Of a stretch of 64,000 nucleotides of DNA, positions 41,368 to 52,020 are shown piece after piece. The stretch is from Kiritimatiellia bacterium. GTDB lineage: Bacteria; Verrucomicrobiota; Kiritimatiellia; JAQICX01. The stretch covers positions 2,787 to 66,786 of the forward strand of contig JAQICX010000242.1 in NCBI GenBank assembly GCA_027858345.1, written 5' to 3'. Below the pieces are notes generated by a model. The model had not been told where the DNA came from, did not search any database, and saw only the letters and a list, made by a program, of their open reading frames with translations. Within the stretch, counting starts at the first letter, position 1. Every line of letters starts with the position of its first letter. The translations under genes were made by a program, and so were the position numbers.

Positions 41368-44300
41368 ATGAATCAATACTTAACAAGAGAAATGGTCACA
41401 GTGCCGGGATTTGATGGTGACTTTGATTCCGTAGGAATCAAACTCGCAGCATCTGATGCAATTCGCGACTGGAGTTATGGGGAAGTTAAAAACCCTGAAA
41501 CCATTAATTATAGAACATATAAGCCAGAACGTGGAGGTCTATTCTGTGAAAGAATTTTTGGACCGACAAAAGACTGGGAATGTTCTTGCGGGAAATACAA
41601 AAGAATTAAACATAAAGGTGTTACTTGTGACCGTTGCGGTGTAGAAGTAACGCTTTCAAAAGTAAGACGTCAGAGAATGGGACATATTGAACTTGTAGTT
41701 CCGGTGTCACACATCTGGTTCTTCAAATGTACACCAAGTCGTATGGGGCTTATGCTTGATATGACTGCAACAAATCTGGAACGTGTTCTTTATTATGAAG
41801 ATTACTTAGTTACAGATCCAGGTGATACTCCTTTGAAGAAGAAGCAATTGCTTACTGAATTGGAATATAGAGAGGCTCTTGAAAGCTTTGGCGATGAGTC
41901 ATTTGAAGCTGGTATGGGTGCAAAGGTTGTTCAAGAACTTTTGGCTGGTATCGAATTGGATGAAGAAACCATCATTCTTGATGAGCAACTTGCCAAAACT
42001 AAAAGTAAGCAGACTCGTAAGAAGCTTGCAAAGAAAATGAGCATTATTGAAGGTTTTAGAGTCAGTGGAACTCGTCCTGAATGGATGGTTCTTAATGTGC
42101 TGCCGGTTATTCCGCCAGAACTAAGACCTCTTGTACCATTGGAAGGTGGGCGCTTTGCTACATCGGACTTGAATGATTTATACAGAAGAGTTATCAACAG
42201 AAACAATCGTTTGAAAAATCTATTGTCTCTTAAGACTCCTGATGTGATTATCAGAAACGAAAAACGTATGCTTCAAGAAGCTGTTGATGCTGTATTTGAT
42301 AATGGTCGTCATGGTCGTGCGGTAACTGGTCCTGGTAATAGACCTCTAAAATCTCTTAGTGAAATGCTAAAAGGTAAGACTGGTCGTTTCCGTCAGAACT
42401 TGCTTGGTAAACGTGTTGACTATTCTGGTCGTTCGGTTATAGTTGTTGGACCTAAGATGAAGATTCATCAATGTGGTCTGCCAAAGAAAATGGCATTGAC
42501 TCTGTTTGAACCATTTATCATCAGAAGACTTAAAGAACTAGGTATAACTCATACTGTTCGTAGTGCTAAAAAATTGATTGAAAGCAAAGATGACGTTGTA
42601 TGGAATATTCTTGAAGAAGTAATCACAGGTAAAACAGTTATGTTGAACCGTGCTCCAACTCTTCATAGATTGAGTATTCAGTCATTTGAGCCAATCCTTG
42701 TAGAAGGCGACGCAATTCATTTGCATCCATTGGTATGTACAGCTTTTAATGCTGACTTTGATGGTGACCAGATGGCTGTTCACGTTCCTCTTTCAGTGGA
42801 AGCTCAGATGGAATCTCGTTTGATGATGCTTTCATCAAATAGTATTTTCTCTCCTTCAAGTGGTCAGTCAATTATGACTCCTACTCAGGATATTGCACTA
42901 GGTGTATATTACCTAACAACTCTTACCCAAAAAGATAAAATGGCTGAGTTGGCTAGTGATGGACATGAAGAAAATCCAAAACTACCAATATTTGGTGATT
43001 GTTCTGAGGTTTTCATTGCATACGAAGACGGAGCTCTGAGAACTCGTTCCCAGATCTATTTCCGTAATCCGGACTATGGAAGAAAAACCATTTTTGGCGA
43101 TTCTGAAACAAAAATTTTGAAGACAACTGTTGGTCGTGTTTTCTTTAATGAAATCTGGCCTGAACAAATTGGTTTTATTAACAAAAAAGTTGATAAATCT
43201 TTGATGGGCAAGATGATCTGGCATACACATAACGATGCAGGTCACAAACGTACGGTTGAATTGCTTGATGAATTGAAAGCTCTTGGATACAAGTTTGCTA
43301 CAATCGCAGGTGTTTCTGTAGGTATTACTGACACAATTATTCCTCCTGAAAAGCAGGGAATTATTGATGAAGGTACCGCCGCTGTTTCCGAAGTTGAAAA
43401 ACAATATAAACTTGGTGTTATTACTGATGGTGAACGTCATAATAAGATCCAGGATATTTGGACTCATGCTACTGAAAGAATTGCTAACGTGATGATTTCT
43501 GCAATCGAGGAAAACAATGATATTGATGAAACAAACTCTGTTTTCATGATGTTTGACTCAAAAGCTCGTGGTAGTAAACTTCAGATCAGACAGCTTGCTG
43601 GTATGCGTGGTTTGATGGCTAAGCCATCTGGTGAGATTATTGAAACTCCAATTACATCAAACTTCCGTGAAGGATTGAGTGTGTTGGAATACTTCAGTAG
43701 TACTCATGGTGCTCGTAAAGGTTTGGCTGATACAGCCCTTAAAACTGCTGATGCCGGTTACTTGACTAGAAAACTTGTTGATGTGTCGCAGGACGTTATC
43801 ATCGTTGAACAGGATTGTAACACTCTTAATGGTATCACTGTTGCACCTATGATGCAGGCTGACGAAGAAAAAATTCCTTTGGAAGTTCGTATTCTTGGTA
43901 GAACATGTGCTGAAGACATCAGAAACCCAATCACAAACGAAATTGCTGTACCAATGGGTACTCCGATTAACGAAGCTATTGCTGCAAAAATCAAAGCAAC
44001 TGGCGTGACACGTGTTAAGATTCGAAGCGTGCTGACTTGTGAAGCCGAATATGGCGTATGTGCAAAATGCTACGGTCGTGACCTGGCAACAGGTAAGGGC
44101 GTAGAGATTGGCACAGCTGTTGGTATTATCGCTGCTCAGTCAATTGGTGAACCAGGCACACAGCTTACTATGCGTACTTTCCATATTGGTGGTACAGCAA
44201 GTTCTGTATTTAAGCAACCTGAAGTTAAGGTTAAGACCACTGGCCGTGCTGTTTATCATGATCTACGTATTGTGAAAAACAGAGATGGCGAACTTGTTGT

Positions 44301-45525
44301 TCTGAACAAAAATGGTTCAGTCAGTGTACATGATGAGCATGGTAGAGAACTTGACAGATATGTTATTGAAATGGGTGCAACAATTTATGTTGAAGAACAT
44401 GGATTAATCAAAGAAGGTAGTATTCTTGCGGCATGGGATCCATACAGTATTCCTATTATTTCCGACCAGGAAGGTTCAATTGAATTCCATGAATTCGTTG
44501 AAGGCGTTTCTGTTAAGAAAGAAAAAGATGCTGCAACAGGTCGTATTGGCACAGTTGTTCTGGAAACTAGAGAAAACTTACATCCTCAGATTGTTATCAA
44601 AGACAAAGAGGGTAACAATAGTGCTCTATATACTATTCCAGCTGGTGCCCACGTTATGGTTAAAGAAGGCGAATCAATCTTCTCTGGGCAGGTTATTGCT
44701 AAGACTCCTCGTAAGGAATCAAAAACAAAAGATATTACAGGTGGTCTACCACGGGTGTCTGAATTGTTTGAAGCTAGATCTCCTAAAGATGCTGCTGAAA
44801 TCGCTAAAATTGATGGTATCGTTGACTTTGGTCCTAACCAAAGAGGTAAACGTTGCTTGATCATTCGTGATGAGAACACAAAAGATGAAGAAGAACACTT
44901 GATCGCTATGGGTAAACACATCGTTGTTTTCAAAAATGACCGTGTGAAAAAAGGCCAACAGCTTACTGAAGGCCCTGTAGTTCCTCAAGAAATCTTGGAA
45001 GTTTGTGGACCACAAGAGTTGCAGGAGTATCTTGTTAATGAAGTTCAAATGATTTACTGCGTACAAGGCGTGGAAATTAATGACAAGCATATTGAAATTA
45101 TTGTTCGTCAGATGTTGCGTAAGGTTCGTATTACGGATCCGGGTGACACTGAATTCCTTTGGGGTGAACAAATTTCAAGAGCACGTTTTGAAGAAATCAA
45201 TAAGAGCGTTATGGAAGAAGGTCGTAGACCAGCTCAAGCCAGCCCAGCTCTGCTTGGTATCACAAAAGCATCTCTTGAAACTGATAGTTTCATTTCTGCT
45301 GCTTCATTCCAGGACACAACACGTGTTCTTACAGATGCAGCAAGTCTTGGTAGACAAGATGTGCTTCGTGGTTTCAAAGAAAATGTTATTATGGGGCATC
45401 TTATTCCTGGTGGTACCGGATTCCATATCCATAAGAACATTAAACTTGTTCCATTGGTGGATCCTATCTACGAAGAAAAGGAAGAAGAACCTCTGCGTTC
45501 AGTTGAAGAAACCTCTGAATTCTAA
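41368..45525 (+). CDS. rpoC: RNA polymerase beta-prime subunit
   Basis: [11 protein letters not shown] catalytic motif, Zn fingers, [13 protein letters not shown]. Confidence 0.99.
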   Translation: MNQYLTREMVTVPGFDGDFDSVGIKLAASDAIRDWSYGEVKNPETINYRTYKPERGGLFCERIFGPTKDWECSCGKYKRIKHKGVTCDRCGVEVTLSKVRRQRMGHIELVVPVSHIWFFKCTPSRMGLMLDMTATNLERVLYYEDYLVTDPGDTPLKKKQLLTELEYREALESFGDESFEAGMGAKVVQELLAGIELDEETIILDEQLAKTKSKQTRKKLAKKMSIIEGFRVSGTRPEWMVLNVLPVIPPELRPLVPLEGGRFATSDLNDLYRRVINRNNRLKNLLSLKTPDVIIRNEKRMLQEAVDAVFDNGRHGRAVTGPGNRPLKSLSEMLKGKTGRFRQNLLGKRVDYSGRSVIVVGPKMKIHQCGLPKKMALTLFEPFIIRRLKELGITHTVRSAKKLIESKDDVVWNILEEVITGKTVMLNRAPTLHRLSIQSFEPILVEGDAIHLHPLVCTAFNADFDGDQMAVHVPLSVEAQMESRLMMLSSNSIFSPSSGQSIMTPTQDIALGVYYLTTLTQKDKMAELASDGHEENPKLPIFGDCSEVFIAYEDGALRTRSQIYFRNPDYGRKTIFGDSETKILKTTVGRVFFNEIWPEQIGFINKKVDKSLMGKMIWHTHNDAGHKRTVELLDELKALGYKFATIAGVSVGITDTIIPPEKQGIIDEGTAAVSEVEKQYKLGVITDGERHNKIQDIWTHATERIANVMISAIEENNDIDETNSVFMMFDSKARGSKLQIRQLAGMRGLMAKPSGEIIETPITSNFREGLSVLEYFSSTHGARKGLADTALKTADAGYLTRKLVDVSQDVIIVEQDCNTLNGITVAPMMQADEEKIPLEVRILGRTCAEDIRNPITNEIAVPMGTPINEAIAAKIKATGVTRVKIRSVLTCEAEYGVCAKCYGRDLATGKGVEIGTAVGIIAAQSIGEPGTQLTMRTFHIGGTASSVFKQPEVKVKTTGRAVYHDLRIVKNRDGELVVLNKNGSVSVHDEHGRELDRYVIEMGATIYVEEHGLIKEGSILAAWDPYSIPIISDQEGSIEFHEFVEGVSVKKEKDAATGRIGTVVLETRENLHPQIVIKDKEGNNSALYTIPAGAHVMVKEGESIFSGQVIAKTPRKESKTKDITGGLPRVSELFEARSPKDAAEIAKIDGIVDFGPNQRGKRCLIIRDENTKDEEEHLIAMGKHIVVFKNDRVKKGQQLTEGPVVPQEILEVCGPQELQEYLVNEVQMIYCVQGVEINDKHIEIIVRQMLRKVRITDPGDTEFLWGEQISRARFEEINKSVMEEGRRPAQASPALLGITKASLETDSFISAASFQDTTRVLTDAASLGRQDVLRGFKENVIMGHLIPGGTGFHIHKNIKLVPLVDPIYEEKEEEPLRSVEETSEF

Positions 45526-45543
45526 AAAATTAGAACTTACAAC

Positions 45544-45574
45544 AAAAAGCCCGGCTAACCCCGGGCTTTTTTTT
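45544..45574 (+). terminator. Rho-independent terminator of rpoBC
   Basis: AAAAAGCCCGG-CTAACC-CCGGGCTTTTTTTT. Confidence 0.9.
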
Positions 45575-45807
45575 GCCCTGACAAAATTCTGAGACACAAA
45601 AATTAGGACGGTCTCCTTGATCCCGCCAACTGTAGCGTCGGGCGTTGACCGACGAACTAACCAAATTGTACTTTCTCGTTATTCCCCTTGGAACGCCGAG
45701 GTTGAGGAAAAACTCGGCACTAATCTGGCGACGTAGTCGCCACATCCGTCCCATAGGTCTCATTTGTCCCATTCTTCATTTTTCACCACCAAATCACCAA
45801 TCACCAC

Positions 45808-46262
45808 CTATTTCTCCATGAAGTCAGGATCCTTCTCAAACAGTCCAACAACAAAGTTTGGAAAACCATAACTTAGCATTCTTTCCGGAAAAGTCATATG
45901 CTGTTCGCTCATTGACATAACAACAATGTCAAAATTAAGTAATTTTTTGTACAGCTCTGATATTTCAGGGTCATTCTTGTTTATTTTGATCTTTGATTTT
46001 GGTTTGTCTTTGTAATGAGTTATAATACTACTGTTGTAATAAACAAGCTGGACATCTGAAAAGACTTCAGAGTATATCGCGGCATAAGCTAGAAGGTGAC
46101 ATGCACTGTCGCCAATAAATAGTATTGATGGCTTTTTATCTCCTTTGAAATTTGCAGAGGAGTCAATAGGGTACTTAAGTTCGGGTCCCATAAAAACTTG
46201 TGGAGTCCATATGTTCATTAAATCAACCAGATCAGTATCCATGAAGTGTCTTGAGCTGACTT
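45808..46262 (-). pseudogene. 3' fragment of an AlgJ/AlgX-like SGNH O-acetyltransferase
   Basis: DTDLVDLMN, ILFIGDS, DIVVM..SE, YGF resemble the C-terminal half of this family; no credible start, abuts IS3 relic. Confidence 0.45.
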
Positions 46263-46421
46263 TTATCAACCACTCTTGACAGAAGTTTTTGCATTGATGC
46301 AGTAAAAGAAACCTTGCAAAGATACGGCACTCCTGATATCTTTAACACTTATCAAGGATCTCAGTATACTAATGAATAATTCACAGATTTACTGAAAGAG
46401 CTCAATGTTAAGATAAGCATT
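46263..46421 (+). mobile_element. IS3-family transposase relic (integrase core fragment)
   Basis: Manual translation LSTTLDRSFCIDAVKETLQRYGTPDIFNTYQGSQYTNE*FTDLLKELNVKISI matches the IS3 rve pattern (P.IFNTDQGSQ(F/Y)T); D-to-Y change and internal stop. Confidence 0.85.
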
Positions 46422-46768
46422 GCAAGCATTTATGTTGCAAAAGCTAGCGATGCTAACAGTGATAAGTAATAGGTCGGAAGTGATAAGTAAGAAAATGTAA
46501 ATGGCTTGTGTTGCTCTGCATAACATGTTTTTCCTTGCCCAAGGGACGCAGCTTCCACCTTCACCGTTTCGGTCTCCGGCGCGACAAGAGGAGTGGACTT
46601 TGCAGATTAACCTTTGATTGGTGAAGGAGCCCTGCTTGTCGCGCCGGAGGAACGTAGGCGGATAGCCGAGTCGCTCCGGCTCGGAAAACAAAGACTCACG
46701 CAGTGAGTGATGTTGAAATCATGTAGGGGCGAGATGCATATCGCCAGAACTAATGGAGAAAAACAAAA

Positions 46769-47815
46769 ATGGATATAGCAAATAGAAATGAAAAGAACCC
46801 GATAATTGTGCCGGCTGATGTTGTGCCCAGTGTAGAAGGTGCAGTAGTTGAATGTGTATTGAATGCCGGGGCATTTAAATTTAATGGACGTATAGGACTT
46901 CTTATGCGTGTTGCTGAACGTATGGAGCAAGTTGAGGGAGAGCTTTCAACTTTAGTTGCCGACGAGAATTCGGAATTAGGCGTAAAGGTTGTTTCATTTA
47001 AACTGGATGATCCTAAGCTTGACTATACAGATCCAAGGGTGTTCAGCTATGAAGGAGTGCCATATCTCACGACTATAAGTCATTTGCGTCTTGCCTGGAG
47101 TGATGATGGAGTCAATTTTGAGATTGAGGAACGTCCTCTTCTGACAGGTAGTGGTAAAATGGAAACCTTTGGTATTGAAGATTGCCGGGTTACACAGATT
47201 GATGACACATATTATCTTACATATAGTGCTGTTTCTGAAAATGGAGTTGGCGTGGCCCTTCAGACGACCAAGGACTGGAAAACATTTGAGAAGTATGGAT
47301 TGATTTTCCCTCCACATAACAAAGATTGCACTTTTTTTGAAGAGAAGATTAATGGCAAGTTTGTTGCACTTCACAGACCTGTAGGTGCGGATGTTGGCGG
47401 ACCATATATGTGGTGTTCAGAATCTCCAGATTTGATTCATTGGGGAAATCATGATTGTATTGCTCGAACTCGCATTAGGCAATGGGATTGTCAACGCCTT
47501 GGGGCAGGGGCTGCACCAATAAAGACAGACAAGGGTTGGTTAGAGATATATCATGGTTGCAATGATGAATCTCGATATTGCCTAGGAGCTATGCTTCTCG
47601 ATATTAATAACCCGACAAAAGTGATTGCTCGTTCCGATGAACCTATTATGGAGCCAATTGCTGAATATGAGCAAAAGGGCTTCTTTGGTAATGTTGTTTT
47701 TACCAACGGGCATATTATCGATGGTGATAAGGTAACAATTTATTATGGTGCATCAGATACAGTTATCTGTATGGCAACCATGTCAATTTCTGAAATTCTA
47801 GGCACATTAGTATAG
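46769..47815 (+). CDS. Glycoside hydrolase family 130 (beta-mannoside phosphorylase/mannosidase-like)
   Basis: NPII, LNAGA, GIEDCRVT, NKD, LHRP, WLEIYHG, NVVF, YYGASD. Confidence 0.9.
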   Translation: MDIANRNEKNPIIVPADVVPSVEGAVVECVLNAGAFKFNGRIGLLMRVAERMEQVEGELSTLVADENSELGVKVVSFKLDDPKLDYTDPRVFSYEGVPYLTTISHLRLAWSDDGVNFEIEERPLLTGSGKMETFGIEDCRVTQIDDTYYLTYSAVSENGVGVALQTTKDWKTFEKYGLIFPPHNKDCTFFEEKINGKFVALHRPVGADVGGPYMWCSESPDLIHWGNHDCIARTRIRQWDCQRLGAGAAPIKTDKGWLEIYHGCNDESRYCLGAMLLDINNPTKVIARSDEPIMEPIAEYEQKGFFGNVVFTNGHIIDGDKVTIYYGASDTVICMATMSISEILGTLV

Positions 47816-48026
47816 TTTTGAATTCCGTCCGTCGTTCTAAGAGCTATGGCGGACACAGGCAGGGCTGATAGGTTGTTTATCTATAATATATAAATCGCCT
47901 TCTCCAGCCAGCCCTCGTCCGCCAAAACTGCTCCCCTTGCTAAGGAGGAGCTGTCGAGCTTGCTCGACTGAGGGGTGTTTCCCACTTCCCGCCTAACACT
48001 TATCTTCCTGCTGGCAACGCCAGCCT

Positions 48027-48440
48027 CTAATCATCCTCATCGTCATAGAAATCTTTAGTGAAATCATCAACGTAATTGTCATCAAAATCCTCATCGACCT
48101 CATCATCCTCGTCATCCTCGTCATCGTTCTCATAGTCCTCAGCGGGGACCCAATCGATTACCGAGCCGCCACCCTCAAAATAATACGGACTAACTAAAAA
48201 ATCCATATTGCCTTCACGGGTAACCAAGAACTCTTTGACTAAAAATTTCTTGCCAGTATGAAGATCGACCATCTCCTCATGTAATGATGGAATATCCTCA
48301 AATGGGTATAACTCTTTTAATACAGCTGTTTTTTTATTCTCAGGAATTATGTATACTTCAATATAATTATCTGATGTTCCAACTTTTCTTGTCGGAAAAG
48401 GTAACCTGTTACTATCTTCATCTTTTAAAGAGTAGCTCAT
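48027..48440 (-). CDS. Hypothetical protein with strongly acidic C-terminal tail
   Basis: 137-aa ORF, AAGGA SD upstream, Asp/Glu-rich tail. Confidence 0.65.
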   Translation of the reverse strand: MSYSLKDEDSNRLPFPTRKVGTSDNYIEVYIIPENKKTAVLKELYPFEDIPSLHEEMVDLHTGKKFLVKEFLVTREGNMDFLVSPYYFEGGGSVIDWVPAEDYENDDEDDEDDEVDEDFDDNYVDDFTKDFYDDEDD

Positions 48441-48893
48441 TTGAGTCCTTTCTTATTGCTGAAAGTTTTATTTTTTTATTTTGTTAATAATTAATAGGGA
48501 TTACTGTTTAATGCAAGATTACACTTCTATTGTGTTTGACATAATATAACACATTACCCAAACAGTGTTTATGAATTGAACAGGATGCCCTAAATATGAT
48601 TTTCGAAATTATATTATTAGTCATTAATAAAATCAAGAATAATTATAAATTTCGCTTTAGGTATATCACAAATGGCTATTTGATTGGACGTTTTCCGTTT
48701 CGAAGGTCACCTCGGGGCTTGCCCCCGTGGAGCCATGATTGGTTGGGCTGGAACATACAGCACTGCCAGCCCCAGCCCCGACAAATCACCCAAACTCCTC
48801 CTGGGAACGCCGAGCTCCAGCTTGGCATATTCCTCGCTATTAATTCATAATTGGACGTTGAAATAAACAAAAAAGTTGGATTGCACGCTTACC

Positions 48894-49264
48894 CCTTGAT
48901 TTTTCGGTTGAGTCACTTTATGAGAACGAGGACGACTGTAGGCCATTCACTACGTTCATTGCTTCACCCTATTGTTTATCTGTAATGGTTAAAGCCTCTC
49001 TCGCAGGCTCGAGTCTCGCTCCCAAACTTGCAGATTAATATTGTCTTGCAGGAATGGGAACCCACCCCTCCGTTCTCGTTCCTCGAACACCTCCTCCCGC
49101 AGAGCGGGACTAGCAAAACGCTAGCCGGGGAGGAGCTAATACGTCCTCATCGTCATAATAATTTGTTTTTCCCATTTATCACCAAAAACCGAGGAAATTT
49201 AAGATTCATTCCTTGATCTTATTGGCTCAAACGAACATTTTTATCTCCAACCGAAAAACTAAGG
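48894..49264. mobile_element. TIR-bounded composite MITE-like shell, copy E6, with 7-bp flanking direct repeat
   Basis: CCTTGATTTTTCGGTTG ... CAACCGAAAAACTAAGG; GCTTACC at 48887-48893 and 49265-49271. Confidence 0.88.
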
Positions 49265-49514
49265 GCTTACCGCCTGTAGCCGAGTCCCGTGGGCTCGGAG
49301 GAATTTGCAAACAACGCTGATATTGCTGCAGAACGCCTGTAGCGGCGGGCGTTGACCGCCTGTAGTAGACCTCCACAGAGGTCTGGAAAATTGCAACCCA
49401 AAGAAAGCCCCAGAGGGCGACATCTTAGTAGCCTCAGGTTTTAACCTGAGGAAAGATAAACAAATGAACAAAGAGTCCCATAGGAACGGCACCTCCTAGA
49501 GCGATGCCGACCCC

Positions 49515-49844
49515 CTAATTTAATGAAGAGCGATCCATAACATACCAAGCTGCGACCAGCGGATCTTCGACCGAGCTCCTGGTATGATGATCTTCACCCG
49601 CTGCCACTATGAAAACATCGCCTGCCTGGACGGGATATTCTTTACCATCGATAGGGAGGATGCCGGTCCCCTGCAGAAAGATAAAAACCTCGTCTACCTC
49701 GTGCACATGACGTGGTTCAGGGTGAGCGGTCTCTCCCCGTTTGAAAACATAGACTCCACCGCCCGTGATCTTGGCTTCTCCAAGTATGTCAGGCACGAGC
49801 AGTGTGCCGCCGATTTTGAGATCATGAATTGTCAATTTTATCAT
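49515..49844 (-). CDS. Cupin-domain protein
   Basis: HVHEVDEVFIFLQGTG and GDVFIVAAGEDHH cupin motifs; GAGG SD. Confidence 0.88.
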   Translation of the reverse strand: MIKLTIHDLKIGGTLLVPDILGEAKITGGGVYVFKRGETAHPEPRHVHEVDEVFIFLQGTGILPIDGKEYPVQAGDVFIVAAGEDHHTRSSVEDPLVAAWYVMDRSSLN

Positions 49845-49859
49845 CTTATCCTCTTTTCT

Positions 49860-49915
49860 TCAGTACGTTAACCTCACGGGCGACGATATGCCGACCGTGA
49901 AGCGATTTGTCAAAA
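49860..49915 (-). other. Degenerate attC-like site related to the one at 18331-18389
   Basis: Minus strand TTTTGACAAATCGCTTCACGGTCGGCATATCGTCGCCCGTGAGGTTAACGTACTG; shares ACAAATCGCTTCACGGT and GCCCGTGAG with the first copy. Confidence 0.6.
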
Positions 49916-50152
49916 TTAATGTTTTTCAAATGAAGAGATCCATGTTTGGCAATTTGTAGACCTGTCGCGCCGTAGACAGGAACTGCGAAGGCAGATCACC
50001 GCGGGGCTTGCCCCCGTGTAGCCATGAGTGGTTAGAGCATTTCGCTCATGAAACGCTGTAAATCTTTGTCCTGCGGCTTCTATTGAATCTTTCAAAAAAA
50101 CAGGCAATAGGCTTGCTATTACCTGATTTCTTTTTAAACGCCCAAGGTCGTC

Positions 50153-50370
50153 CTATTCCCAGTACTTCGGACGACCATAGAAGTCGTATAAGCGTACATC
50201 ATACTCACGGTTCACCAGATCAGAAGGGTCATATTCAGGACTGTCCTTGATCTTCTCTCTAGGTAGATCAACTTTCACCTTCTTTTCCGCCCAGTCTATC
50301 GAATCTATCCAAGTTGGTGATATCAGCACCTTCTTACCTGACAACCAATTGTGGGTATTAACTACTATTT
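50153..50370 (-). pseudogene. C-terminal fragment of a PRC-barrel domain protein
   Basis: VVNTHNWLSGKKVLISPTWIDSIDWAEKKVKVDLPREKIKDSPEYDP...LYDFYGRPKYW. Confidence 0.7.
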
Positions 50371-50423
50371 TATAACAAACTTGAAGAATCTTTTCAATCT
50401 TTTTCTTAAACATTCTTCGTTTA

Positions 50424-50690
50424 CCTTGATTTTTCGGTTGTAGATTTTTCCCCGTTAAGTTTAGAAAACATAGGCCTCTCTCCCGCCTTGCGGGATTCTT
50501 GCTCCTTTCTATTTTTCTTATTAGAGAAAGAAGCGTTAGACAGTGTCTACGGCTCGGCAAGATGCGGACAGGCGCACGAAAAAAGAAAAAAATTAGCAGC
50601 ACAAAGACACGAAAACCCAAAGCATGGAGTTTTTGAACCTTGGTCCGAGGCAACCGGCGAAGTCGGGTAGCCTCAAACCGCTGGTTAAGG
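50424..50690. mobile_element. TIR-bounded shell, copy E7 (divergent cargo)
   Basis: CCTTGATTTTTCGGTTG ... AAACCGCTGGTTAAGG (degenerate right TIR). Confidence 0.6.
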
Positions 50691-50714
50691 TGTAAGGTTT
50701 CTAGTTTTTCACTG

Positions 50715-51472
50715 TCCTCCCGGAAAGGCCATGGGTAAACAGTGGCTGTCTTCAAGTAGATTGAATTGACGCCACCGTAGTGGATGCCCACAACAAAGGC
50801 GTGCGACATATCAGTAGGGACCGTCGTGCTTGTCCAGTAGTCATAATCTTGTACGCCGGTGAAAGGATGCCCCGTCGGTAAGGAGGGGAAGCTGTTCTGG
50901 AAATCCAACAGCCTGAAAAGCTCTCTCACTGTGGGCAGTCGCCAATCGGAGTAGTCTCCATAGGTCAAGTTCTTGCACATGGCAATGGCGTTGTTCCGGT
51001 TCTGCTTGCCAAAGAGATTTGCATTTCTTGTCCACATCAGGCCAGTCAGATTGTCCAGTACCACGTTGGTGTTGGATTGAACGGAGAACCGAGGAACTGG
51101 CGATGAAACGCCCGTCTTCAGATCCCCATCATCACTTGATGCGTACGAAGTCGTCTGTCCGGTCTTGGCTGGAGGTGACGGATACACCAACCGATTGCTG
51201 CTGCCTCAAACCCGGTAGAACATGGGCACGGATGAAGTGACGATGGAATCCGACGAACGAATGTCCGTCAGAGCGAAGTAGTTGGACTGCCAAGCATCCG
51301 GGACGGTCAACGATGATGCCCATTCAACTCGGTAGTACAGATTCGTATCGCTGTTTATCCATGTCAGTATCCCGTTTACACTAAACGACGTAATATCCGG
51401 CGACTGCGCCAAAGCCGTTCCTGCGATTACCAACCACGCAGCACAAGCACTTCTCAACCAGTTGCTTATCAT
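50715..51472 (-). pseudogene. Secreted DUF1566 (Lcl C-terminal) protein interrupted by in-frame TGA at 51206-51208
   Basis: Signal peptide + YRVEWASSL..VPMFYRV*GSSNRLVYPSPPAKTGQT..DNLTGLMW..DWRLPTVREL..YWTST; both ORFs are in the same frame. Confidence 0.8.
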
Positions 51473-51702
51473 AAGTTCCGATTCCTTTCTTATTCGTGCC
51501 CGAACAATTATTATACGAAGGCTCGTAAATAATTTCAGTATTTAAATAATATCAAAGGCAAAAATTGTCTTTGAGTGGTTGGCTTGTTGTTAAACCCAGC
51601 ATAAAAAGAGCTGTTTATAACAATTATTCTTCTAAAGTTAGCAGTGTTATATGGTTTTCTAAGAAAAATGCAACTTTTATTTTGGTCGTCATAAATAAAA
51701 AG

Positions 51703-51963
51703 CGTCAATTTTTCGGTTGAGACACTTTATGAGAACGAAAATCCCGCCCTGCGGGACTACCAAACTTGCAAATTAATATTGTCTTGTAGGAATTGGATCA
51801 TCCTTTGCTCTTCCCGCTTCGTTCTGCGAACTACGCAGGACACGGTCGAGTCTACGGCGGACAAGCCGACGATGGTCACCTGCGTGACGGAATAAAAAGA
51901 AAATTCACTCCCTTATTTTGTTGACTCAAATGCACGAATTTACCTCTAACCGAAAAACTAAGG
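51703..51963. mobile_element. TIR-bounded composite MITE-like shell, copy E8
   Basis: CGTCAATTTTTCGGTTGAGACACTTTATGAGAACG ... TAACCGAAAAACTAAGG. Confidence 0.8.
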
Positions 51964-52020
51964 ACAAAGATTTCCTGCGTTTCATGAGCGAAATTCTCTA
52001 GCCCGTTCCGAAGCAGGTTG

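Larger units (their letters stand above)
50033..52000. mobile_element. ~2-kb non-autonomous unit bounded by 40-bp inverted repeats
   Basis: 50033-50072 TAGAGCATTTCGCTCATGAAACGCTGTAAATCTTTGTCCT vs reverse complement of 51961-52000: 37 of 40 positions identical; TA at both ends. Confidence 0.75.

Noticed and set aside
48027..48135. TCA/TCG trinucleotide-like repeat
   Set aside because: Simply encodes the Asp/Glu-rich tail of the 48027-48440 ORF.
50715..51190. DUF1566 gene as target of a diversity-generating retroelement
   Set aside because: No reverse transcriptase and no second near-copy of the 3' region (template repeat) seen in this window; action in trans cannot be excluded.
51206..51208. 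Selenocysteine recoding of the in-frame TGA
   Set aside because: No redox motif context and no recognisable SECIS hairpin; nonsense mutation is more parsimonious.
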